A DNA stretch of 16,987 nucleotides, taken from Octopus sinensis (taxonomy: Eukaryota). The position numbers and the translations under genes were made by a program. The DNA lies in NCBI RefSeq assembly GCF_006345805.1, contig NW_021825021.1:1-16987 (forward strand). The letters run 5' to 3'. Shown piece after piece: positions 1 to 13,129 of this stretch; within the stretch, counting starts at the first letter, position 1, and every line of letters begins with the position of its first letter. The notes beneath the pieces are model-generated. The model did not search any database, was not told the origin of the DNA, and saw only the letters and a program-made list of their open reading frames with translations.

Positions 1-459
1 GTGCATGCCATCAAAGTGATAATGGCGTAAAATATACGAAGCCTGTATACCCATCATGCCTACCCGTCTGATAGAGTTACACCAGGCACATGCATCACAA
101 CTATTTGTGCCCGACATATCAAGATTAACAGCGCATGGCCTTGCAGGTCGGGCCCAGTTAGAATTTTCTTCAGGTCGAGTAGCCCATTCTGCTCAAATGG
201 TCCTTGAACAAGGGTTGTTTAAGGATGTTGAACGAAACACCCATGTTTCCAAAAGTAAATTATCCAAACCCCAAATAATTCCTCTCAACGAATGGCTATG
301 ATGCTCCCCTACTACTTCTGCTTGTGATCAGAGATGCACATATCGTCAGCCACTAAGGGGCATTCTCAATTGGCTAGGGTCAAACAACTGACAAGCATAT
401 CTCTGGTATTGAGCAGAATATTTGCTGTAGCCCGTCATTTATACCAAGACAACACAATG
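1..459. mobile_element. Unnamed interspersed repeat, copy 1 (retroelement-like, abuts a (TAA)n run; runs off the window edge)
   Basis: 199-459 matches the reverse complement of 4510-4770 at about 89% (29 mismatches in 261 nt by hand alignment). Both copies end against an (ATT/TAA)n run at the same end. No convincing ORF; orientation not resolvable from this window. Confidence 0.7.
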
Positions 460-485
460 ATATTATTATTATTATTATTATTACT

Positions 486-885
486 ATTCAGTAGTTTTAT
501 TTTTAAGCGTGCTTTCACATCACTACCGAGCGCAGCTCTGTGTGCCTTGGGTATGTGCTGTTGTGATTGTTGTGATGCTCTGATGGTTATGTATGGAAAG
601 TGTTCTGCGTAGGATGTGTGCAGTGCCTAGTAGTGCAATTTCTGTATGTTATATGTGTTTGTAAGTCCTGGTGTTTTTGTTATGTATTTGTCTGAATATT
701 TTTTTATCATGCCTAATGCACCTACTATGATAGGAATTGTTTCTGTTTTCAGGTTCCACATTCTAGTTACCTCTATTTCCAGGTCTTTGTATTTTGAGAG
801 TTTCTCCATTTCTTTTAGAGACACGTTGTCATCTGCCGGTATTGATACATCAATTAGAAACCATTTTTTTTCTTCATGATCTCTG
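486..885 (-). mobile_element. 5'-truncated R4/Dong-clade non-LTR retrotransposon: C-terminal restriction-like endonuclease (RLE) domain plus 3' UTR
   Basis: Minus strand reads IIVRDHEEKKWFLIDVSIPADDNVSLKEMEKLSKYKDLEIEVTRMWNLKTETIPIIVGALGMIKK...NIQK. After a 1-bp frameshift near 640 it continues IALLGTAHILRRTLS. This is the typical RLE tail of R4/Dong elements (IDVxIP..KExEKxxKYxxL..PIxxGALG..LGTAHILR). A short 3' UTR runs into (AAT)n at 461-484. Confidence 0.85.
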
Positions 886-949
886 ACTATTATTGATCTC
901 TGATTATTATTATGATCTCTGATTATTATTATGATCTCTGATTATTATT
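876..949. repeat. Four tandem copies of a 17-19 bp junction unit (AT)GATCTCTGAYTATTATT
   Basis: Units at 876-894, 895-911, 912-930 and 931-949. Each joins ~10 nt of retroelement sequence to ~9 nt of (ATT)n. Confidence 0.9.
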
Positions 950-953
950 ATTA

Positions 954-1011
<58 letters not shown>

Positions 1012-1159
1012 CATCATCATCATCATCACCATCTTCATCATTATTCAGCTTCCGATAAAATTTGAATTTGATAAATTACTCTACTTTTACTGTGGAGTAT
1101 TCTTTTTTTCATCATTTTCGTAGATATATGTTTTTGCAAGTGCACACACACCACATAGG

Positions 1160-1235
<76 letters not shown>

Positions 1236-1565
1236 ATAAAACACTCAAATATATGCTTTTGCATGTGCACACACACATACACACCACACACCACACACAT
1301 ATAACATATATATATTTATATATATAATATTATATATATATATATATATATATGCACACATATAAGCATATATAGATAGATAGACAGACAGACAGACATA
1401 GATAGCTAGATGTATCAGTATATATGTGTGTTTATGTGTGTCTGTGTGTGTGTATAAGTATATATATACATAGGAATATACATACATGTGTATGTATGCG
1501 TGCACATGTGTATGTGTATATATATGTATGTATGTAAGTTTATGCATACGTGTATGTACCATATG
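941..1565. repeat. Compound microsatellites: (ATT)n 941-1011, (CAT)n 1012-1040, (TA)n ~1160-1227, mixed CA/TA/GAYA/TGTA ~1240-1565
   Basis: Directly visible, with a short unique stretch at ~1043-1140. Confidence 0.95.
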
Positions 1566-1595
1566 TTCCAGGGTTCGCTGCGTATAGCGAAAGCG

Positions 1596-1680
1596 GAAAG
1601 GTCGCGGATGGAAGGCCTTTGATCATAGATCTGCTTCATCAGAGCTGACCTGGGGATAAAAACAAACAAAAAAAAAACCA
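1596..1680 (+). mobile_element. Probable short 3'-end remnant of a LINE/SINE with an A/AAC-rich tail
   Basis: GC-richer island (GGATGGAAGGCCTTTGATCATAGATCTGCTTCATCAGAGCTGACCTGGGG) followed by ATAAAAACAAACAAAAAAAAAA. Resembles a repeat end I recall from octopus DNA; not verifiable here. Confidence 0.35.
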
Positions 1681-1682
1681 AG

Positions 1683-2112
1683 ACCCCTTCCCCGACCTCA
1701 TCCCCTCACCTAACCTCCAAATCCATGCTTTCGTCAAATAAATGACAGTTAACTGCCATCTCCCACTACAACTCCCGACCGATTTTTACTCCTACCACTT
1801 CACAAGTCAATACATTCCATTCCTCCTACTCCGCCATCGACGTCCTTCAATTCCGAACATCCATCTCCCAACCTCTTACTAAATCTTTCTTCCTCCTACC
1901 ATCTCACAACTCACCATCTCCCACCGCCACCAAACCACGCTTTCGTCACGTTCCATCACTTTTCAAACCTCCATATTCCAATTCCTGAAATCGACCGATA
2001 TTTCCTCCCACTACCAAAACGACTCACACCAGCTCCTACCACTACTATTCAGTGACGTCAAGCACACTCCCACCACCTCGTAGCTGTCAATCTCTCACCG
2101 CCACTCGCCTAC
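1683..2112. other. C-rich, G-poor low-complexity tract with degenerate internal repeats
   Basis: Recurrent CCATCTCCCA, CTCCTACCA, CCAYGCTTTCGTCA and CGACCGAT motifs; very few G on the + strand. Confidence 0.7.
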
Positions 2113-2187
2113 AGTATCATCAAATGTTAAATCTCTGTGTCCGTAACATATTGATCTATTTGGAAGACGTAGTCGATATGACAGCTT

Positions 2188-2500
2188 CACACACACACAC
2201 ACACACACACAAACAAACAAGCACACACATGCACACGAACACACACACGCACACACACACACAAACAAACAAGCACACACATGCACACGAACACACACAC
2301 GCACACACACACACAAACAAACAAGCACACACATGCACAGGAACACACACACGCACACACATGCACATCACAAGGCAACACTCGATATCAATTTTTATGA
2401 TATATGTCTGTTCCAATACATACATGCACAAACGCACATGCATATACACACAACCACAAACACAGACAAACACACGCACACACACACATACACACACACG
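2188..2500. repeat. (CA)-rich tract containing a 3 x 52-bp higher-order repeat (2199-2354)
   Basis: Unit ACACACACACACAAACAAACAAGCACACACATGCACACGAACACACACACGC at 2199, 2251 and 2303; one substitution in the third copy. Confidence 0.9.
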
Positions 2501-2586
2501 TGTATAATACTGAAGAGCTAGGTTCGTTTTACATGCTCACAAAATCTTAAGTTACCTAAAGTTAGACAGATAGATAGATAGATAAG

Positions 2587-3038
2587 TTTCTTTATTGGCC
2601 ACACAGGGCTGCACACAGATGGGACAAGTTACAAGGTAGAGCTTTTCTTTTGGGGGATGAAAAAAACAAAAAACAAAAGAAACAAAAAAAGGGGTGGCGT
2701 AGGTTTTCGATCAAGAGGGATCGTAAAAGGGAAGAAAAGAACAAAAAAAAAGAAATAAAGGAAAAAAGAAAAAAGAAAAAGAAAAAAAGGAAAAGGAAAA
2801 GGAACAAAAGAAAAGAGAAATGAAAAAAAAGACAGAAAAAAGGGGAAAAAAAGGGGAAGGGAAAAAAAAAAAACGATCAATAGGGATCGTGTATCACAGT
2901 GTTATGATATATGGTGTAAAGGGGAAAGCAAAGTAAGGTTATCCGTGGGAAGAAAAGCCTACGAAAAAGACCACGGTAACCTTGGTCAATATTGTTATAT
3001 GTTACCACATTTGTTTGCAAGGGTAACCCTCTGTTTTC

Positions 3039-3040
<2 letters not shown>
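2587..3040 (-). mobile_element. 3' end / 3' UTR of a LINE-like element (possibly L1/Tx1 clade), 5'-truncated, flanked by (GATA)n on both sides
   Basis: Minus strand has a long pyrimidine-rich tract (2660-2875) and ends ...CAGCCCTGTGTGGCCAATAAAGAAA with an AATAAA signal. The last ~49 nt match the tail of the SINE at 14751-14796. No coding sequence remains, so the clade call is a guess. Confidence 0.55.

Positions 3041-3104
<64 letters not shown>
3041..3104. repeat. (GATA)16 microsatellite
   Basis: Perfect run; a (GATA)4 run lies at 2569-2584 on the other side of the LINE-like fragment. Confidence 0.95.
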
Positions 3105-3107
<3 letters not shown>

Positions 3108-3109
3108 TA

Positions 3110-3704
3110 GGTGCAGGTGTAGCTGTGTAGTAGGGAGTTTGCTTCCTAACCACATGATTCCAGGTTCAGTTCCACTGCGTTGCACCTTCGGCTAGTGTCT
3201 TCTACTATAACCGCGGGCTGACCAAGGCCTTCGTTGACCTTCGAAACGCGGAGTAAATGAAACAGAGGCGACTGAAGAAGGGGAATTTTCCTTGTTTTGT
3301 ATGTCCTGTACGCTATTTTTTCGTTGTTCAAGAAATATGTCCATTTCCTTGTTTATGTTTTCGTTTCTCATTCTGTTCGACGTTTTTTTGGTGTCCTTTA
3401 CCCATATATGCATGTATATATACATGTAGATATATATACGTACATATATATATGTATATATGCATATGTTTTATTTATTAATTCGTTATATATATATATA
3501 TATATAGTGTTTCAAATCGGCATATAAAGTGTGTTTGTGTGTTTCTTTGTTTGTCCCGCACCACCGGTTGACAACTGGTATTGGTGTCTTTACGGCCCCG
3601 TAAATAAGCAGTTTGGTAAATGAACCCAACAGAATAAGTACCAGATTCCTCTAGACGGTGCCCCAGCATGACCGCAGTCTAATGGCTGAAAGAAGATAAA
3701 AGAT
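3110..3704 (+). mobile_element. tRNA-derived SINE family A, copy 1 (diverged, interrupted by foreign sequence at ~3234-3405)
   Basis: Head GGTGCAGGTGTAGCTGTGTAGT, B-box GGTTCAGTTCC (3163-3173) and core GCACCTTCGGCTAGTGTCTTCTACTAT align to 12209-12330. Tail ~3525-3704 (..CCAGCATGACCGCAGTCTAATGGCTGAAAGAAG) aligns to ~12415-12614. Confidence 0.8.
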
Positions 3705-3865
3705 GTATGTATGCAAATGTATGAGTGTGTTTACGAATGTCATAAAAGTTAAGTGTAATAAAAGAAAAGTTCATAATTACTTCTTTCTCGTCTCAACAGA
3801 GTCCACGTGTTGGTGTTTTGTGTGTGAGAACGTAATGGCTGTCTTGTGCTACAGCCATCGATTCT

Positions 3866-4401
3866 AATCACCGCAGATATGAAATTGACTCCTCGCTTCT
3901 TATCCGTAACTGGATGGATCCATATCGTGACCGTATTATTGCACAGTATTCTGTGCAATAAAAAAAACTTCTTCGCAATGGTTGGACCAAAATGAAGCAC
4001 CGAAAACCTTCCCTAAACCCGAGCTCTTCAAGAAGAAGGGTATGGTGAATGTTTGATGGTGTACTGATAGACTCATCCATTATACCTTCTTAAAATCAGG
4101 AAGATCCATTACAGCAGAAACATATTGACATGAAATTGCCAGCATGAACGAAAAACTCCTACTCCTCCGCCCCAAACTGGTCAACAGAAAATGGCCAATC
4201 GTTCTTCATGACAATGCTCGACCAGGCGTTTCACTACTGACGCTCCAGGAGTTGAAGGAACTTAGCTACGAAGTTTTTCCCCACCCAGCTTATTTCCCAG
4301 ACCTTTATCCTACCGACTACCACTTCTTCAAGCACTATGTTGGTTTCCTGCGAGAGAAGGGGTTCAAAAATCAAAACGATGCTGAAATTGCGTTCAAAGA
4401 T
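3866..4401 (+). pseudogene. Mariner (cecropia/Hsmar1-like) DD34D transposase pseudogene fragment
   Basis: Reads NHRRYEIDSSLLIRN..DRII, then a deletion/frameshift removing the first catalytic TCDEKW, then SSQWLDQNEAPKTFPKPELFKKKGMVNV*WCTDRLIHYTFLKSGRSITAETY*HEIASMNEKL..LVNRKWPIVLHDNARP..PHPAYFPDLYPTDYHFFKH..FKNQNDAEIAFKD. Asp codons at 4210 and 4315 are 34 residues apart. In-frame TGA at 4054 and 4126. No TIRs seen. Confidence 0.93.
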
Positions 4402-4415
4402 AAATTAATATATAG

Positions 4416-4430
4416 TTCTTCTTCTTCTTC

Positions 4431-4498
<68 letters not shown>
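4416..4498. repeat. (TTC)5 + (TAA)22 microsatellite
   Basis: Directly visible; lies between the truncated mariner and repeat copy 2. Confidence 0.95.
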
Positions 4499-4499
4499 G

Positions 4500-4775
4500 T
4501 CATCATGTCCATTGTTTTGTCTTGGTATAAAAGATGGGCTACAGCAAATATTCTGCTCAATACCACATATACGCTTGTCAGTTGTTTGACCATGACCATT
4601 TGAGCATGTCCCTTAGTGGCTGACGATATGTGCATCTCTGATCACGAGTAGAAGTAGTGGGGGAGCACCATAGCCGTGTGTTGAGAGGGATTGTTTGGGG
4701 TTTGAATAATTCACCTCTGGAAACATGGGTGGTTCTTTCAACATCCTTAAACAACCCTTATTCAGGGACCTTTTT
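4500..4775. mobile_element. Unnamed interspersed repeat, copy 2 (inverted relative to copy 1)
   Basis: 4510-4770 is the reverse complement of 199-459 at about 89% identity. Confidence 0.75.
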
Positions 4776-4856
4776 AGACAGACACACATACAGAGAGACA
4801 GACACACAGACTGACAGACAGACAGACAGACAAACAGACAGATAGACAGATAGATC

Positions 4857-4903
<47 letters not shown>

Positions 4904-4967
4904 GGATGGATGGACAGGCAGACAGATGGTCAGACAGACAGACAGACAGACAGACAGATAGATAGAA
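4776..4967. repeat. Compound tetranucleotide array GACA/GATA/GATG
   Basis: Directly visible. Confidence 0.95.
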
Positions 4968-5247
4968 AGAACCCTGTTATTTAGTTGTGCCAATTGAAGT
5001 CCTCGCCTCGTGCCAATATAATACCATAAAAAATGCCGTTCGTTATTGCATTTGACCATCAAAATATCGCGTGACACATATATAGAAAATCGATATATAG
5101 GATAATCAATACTAAACTGACTTGATATGATTAATACTTGAGCTGATACTATAAAACTATGATATATCATCCGATATCATATACATTTCATGGCGTCACG
5201 TGTTGATATCTTATAGAGACATGGTAATTTCACTAAGAGAAACGGGC

Positions 5248-5765
5248 ATGCATGTGTGTGTGTATATATATGCATGTATGTATACGTGTGTGTGTATTTT
5301 ATATACATAGATAGATATTTGTGTATGTGTGTGCGTACATGTGTGTGTTTTTCTGTGTGTGTGTAAGTATGTATATATGCATATATGCATGTATGTATGT
5401 ATGCATATGTGTATGTGTTCTTATATAGATAGATATTTGTGTATATGTGTGCGTGCGTGTGTGTGTGAGTGTGTGCGTGTGTGAATGCGTGCGTGTGTAA
5501 GTGTGAGAGCTTGTCTGTGCGTAAGTATGTATATATGCATGTATGCGTGTATGTATGTATGTATGTATGTATGTGTGTGTGTTCTTATATAGATAGATAG
5601 ATAGATATTCGTGTATGTGCGTGCGTGCGTGCATGTGTGTGAGTGTGTGTGCGTGTATGTATGTATATATGCATGTATGCATGTATGTATGTGCGTGTGC
5701 GTGTTTGCAGCGCACATGTATGTATGTATGGATGGATGGATGGATCGACCGATCGATCGATCGAT
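5248..5765. repeat. TG/TA/TGTA compound array with a degenerate internal triplication, ending in (GATC)3
   Basis: Anchor TT(C)TTATA..TAGATAGATATTYGTGTAT recurs near 5298, 5418 and 5582. Confidence 0.85.
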
Positions 5766-5772
5766 ATCTGAA

Positions 5773-6068
5773 GGTGCGTGACTTAGTGGTTACAGAATTC
5801 CGGCACAAGATGGTACGGTCTTCAGTTCGATACCCGACGGCGCTTTGTGTCCTTGAGCAAGACACTTTATTCCCATTGCTTCAGTCCACTCAGTTGGCAG
5901 AAAAGGGTAGTACCAGAATTACATAGGGCCAGCCTTGTCACATCTTGTGTCACGCTGAATCCTTGAACTACCGTAAGGTTACCTGTGTCTGCGGAGTCCT
6001 CAGCCACTTGTTCATTAATTTCTCAACCAAGTTGTCCCTTTAATCGGATCAATTCAGGATACTCGACC
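5773..6068 (+). mobile_element. tRNA-derived SINE family B (diverged)
   Basis: A-box TGACTTAGTGGT (5779-5790), B-box GTTCGATACC (5825-5834), then the common SINE central motif TGTGTCCTTGAGCAAGACACTTTA and CAGTCCACTCAGTTGGC. Confidence 0.8.
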
Positions 6069-6086
6069 GACCGGCAGATTTTATAT

Positions 6087-6614
<528 letters not shown>

Positions 6615-6690
6615 TATATATATATAGTTAGTTAGTTTTTGTATTTGGTTTCAAGACTCTTTATGTGAATGTGTGTGTTGGAGCATATTT

Positions 6691-6841
6691 TATTGCGCCT
6701 GGGAGAGACATTCTCTTGTAGTACCTTGTTACTTGACACACACACACCGGTTCGAGTCGAAATCGAACCAGTGGAAGTCGAACCGGTAAGTGTGTTAAGT
6801 AATAAGGCGCTAAAAGGGAATGAGTCTCCCTAGACACAATA
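6691..6841. repeat. ~150-bp imperfect inverted repeat (foldback / MITE-like)
   Basis: Arms 6691-6755 and 6778-6841 match at 51 of 66 aligned columns. The innermost 10 bp are perfect (ACCGGTTCGA/TCGAACCGGT). 22-nt loop; TA at both outer ends. Confidence 0.85.
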
Positions 6842-7087
6842 TGTGTATGTGTGTATATGTGTGTATACATATATATGTATATATATGTGTGTGTGTGTGT
6901 GAAAATATCTATATGTGTATATATATATATATAAATATATATATATATATGCATGTATGTATGCATATGTATATTTATATATATATATATATATATAAGC
7001 ATGTATAAATATATAAATGTGTGTGTATGTATGTATATATATAAATGTATATATAAATATACATACATACATACATACATACATACA

Positions 7088-7123
<36 letters not shown>

Positions 7124-7150
7124 CATACATATGTGCGTATATATACATAT
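6842..7150. repeat. TA/TG/(TACA)n compound microsatellite
   Basis: Directly visible. Confidence 0.95.
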
Positions 7151-7185
7151 ATTCATGGGATGACGTTGAGAAACATCAGAAGGAG

Positions 7186-7224
7186 TCTTTAACGTTTCGA
7201 ATCTATGCTCTTCTTCAGAAACGA
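7186..7224 (-). ncRNA. Minimal (Penelope-type) hammerhead-like motif, probably degenerate
   Basis: Minus strand: UC-G-UUU CUGAAGA A GAG-CAUAGA-UUC GAAA CG UU AAAGA. Core boxes present, 3-bp helix II, palindromic AACGUU in place of helix III, weak helix I. Confidence 0.45.
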
Positions 7225-7289
7225 GATAAAAGATGAAGAAAAAAAATACGAGTATGTGAAGGGTTATTAGATGAGTATGAAGTAAGAAT

Positions 7290-12060
<4,771 letters not shown>

Positions 12061-12208
12061 TAGACATAAGAGGGCGAGCCAAAAACTTCCAAGTTCTCTT
12101 TGTAAAAATTAATATGTAGTCTACTAAAACAGATTGCGTAATGATTCTGTTTAATGTAAAATGCTTTTCAAATGTAACATCACATAAAGTTAAATATTTA
12201 TAAACATA

Positions 12209-12614
12209 GGCGCAGGAGTGGCTGTGTGGTGAATAGCTTGCTTACCGACCACATGGTTCCGGGTTCAGTCCCACTGCGTGGCACCTTTAGCAAGTGTCTT
12301 CTACTACAGCCTCGGGCCGACCAAAGCCTTGTGAGTGGATTTGGTAGACGGAAACTGAAAGAAGCCCGTCGTATATATGTATATGTATATATGTGTGTGT
12401 GTATGTGTTTGTGTGTCTGTGTTTGTCCCCCCCCCAACATCGCTGGACAACCGATGCTGGTGTGTTTACGTCCCCGTAACACTAGCGGTTCGGCAAAATA
12501 GACCGATAGAATATGTACTAGGCTTACAAAGAATAAGTCCTGGGGTCTATTTGCTCGACTAAATACGGTGCTCCAGCATGGCCGCAGTCAAATGACTGAA
12601 GCAAGTAAAAGAGT
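12209..12614 (+). mobile_element. tRNA-derived SINE family A, copy 3 (most intact)
   Basis: GGCGCAGGAGTGGCTGTGTGGT head, B-box GGGTTCAGTCCC (12261-12272), core GCACCTTTAGCAAGTGTCTTCTAC, short internal TA/TG tract, and tail GCTCCAGCATGGCCGCAGTCAAATGACTGAAGCAAGTAAAAGAG. Confidence 0.9.
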
Positions 12615-12666
12615 ATTCATACATATGTATGCGTGCGTGTGCGTGTGTACGTGTGTGTGTGTGTTC

Positions 12667-12707
<41 letters not shown>

Positions 12708-13049
12708 CTCTACTGTTTTTAATTATTTGAATTCATCTTTGAGGAAGGAGCTGATTTCTAGCAATGATGCGAAACTCCATCGCTGGAATACAGATAACAA
12801 AGTCAGTTTCACATTTTAAACTTAAGAAAAGTCTTGCATGTTCTTACTGTTCCTCTTACAGAATGTGTTTGTAATCTGCGAACTTATTTCTTCTTCTGAA
12901 AACCCTAGCGTATCCAAAGTGGCACTTAGGCATATATGTATGTATGTCATTATTTCAAGATTTCTTGCCGATGGAGAAAGAACCAGTTTCTGTTCTAGAT
13001 CCAATACACCAGACGAACCGGTTGATTTTGTTCATTCATTATAAATCTT

Positions 13050-13129
13050 GAATTATGCTTGCACTGATGAGTAAAGAATGTAAACCACTGGACTGATTAC
13101 GAAATCACAGAAGATCTGCAGCTAAATTC
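13050..13129 (+). ncRNA. Type I hammerhead ribozyme motif
   Basis: Helix I 5' GAATTATGCTTGCA (13050-13063); CTGATGA (13064-13070); helix II GTAA/TTAC (13071-74 / 13097-100) with a 22-nt loop; GAAA (13101-04); helix III TC/GA around ACAGAA; AUC triplet (13114-16); helix I 3' TGCAGCTAAATTC (13117-13129). Predicted cut after 13116. Confidence 0.8.

Noticed and set aside
876-949. Short direct repeats as a CRISPR-like array
   Set aside because: No unique spacers, eukaryotic context, and explained as a TE junction duplication.
1636-1642. CTGATGA on the minus strand (also CTGAAGA at 2510-2516 on plus)
   Set aside because: No properly placed GAAA or helices.
3243-3295. GAAACGCG and CTGAAGA as a third hammerhead
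   Set aside because: No GAAA after the GGAA/TTCC stem, and no consistent helix I/III in any circular permutation.
12067-12090. TA-AGAGGGCGAGCCAAAAAC, resembling a mariner TIR start
   Set aside because: No partner TIR or transposase sequence; too short to support.
12755-12800. CTGAT..TGATGCGAAAC as a decayed second hammerhead that would define a retrozyme dimer
   Set aside because: Core is incomplete and it does not align with 13050-13129.
12862-12937. Possible 76-nt exon after TTCCTCTTACAG
   Set aside because: The only donor is a weak TAT|GTATGT inside a TA/TG patch, and the peptide is unrecognisable.
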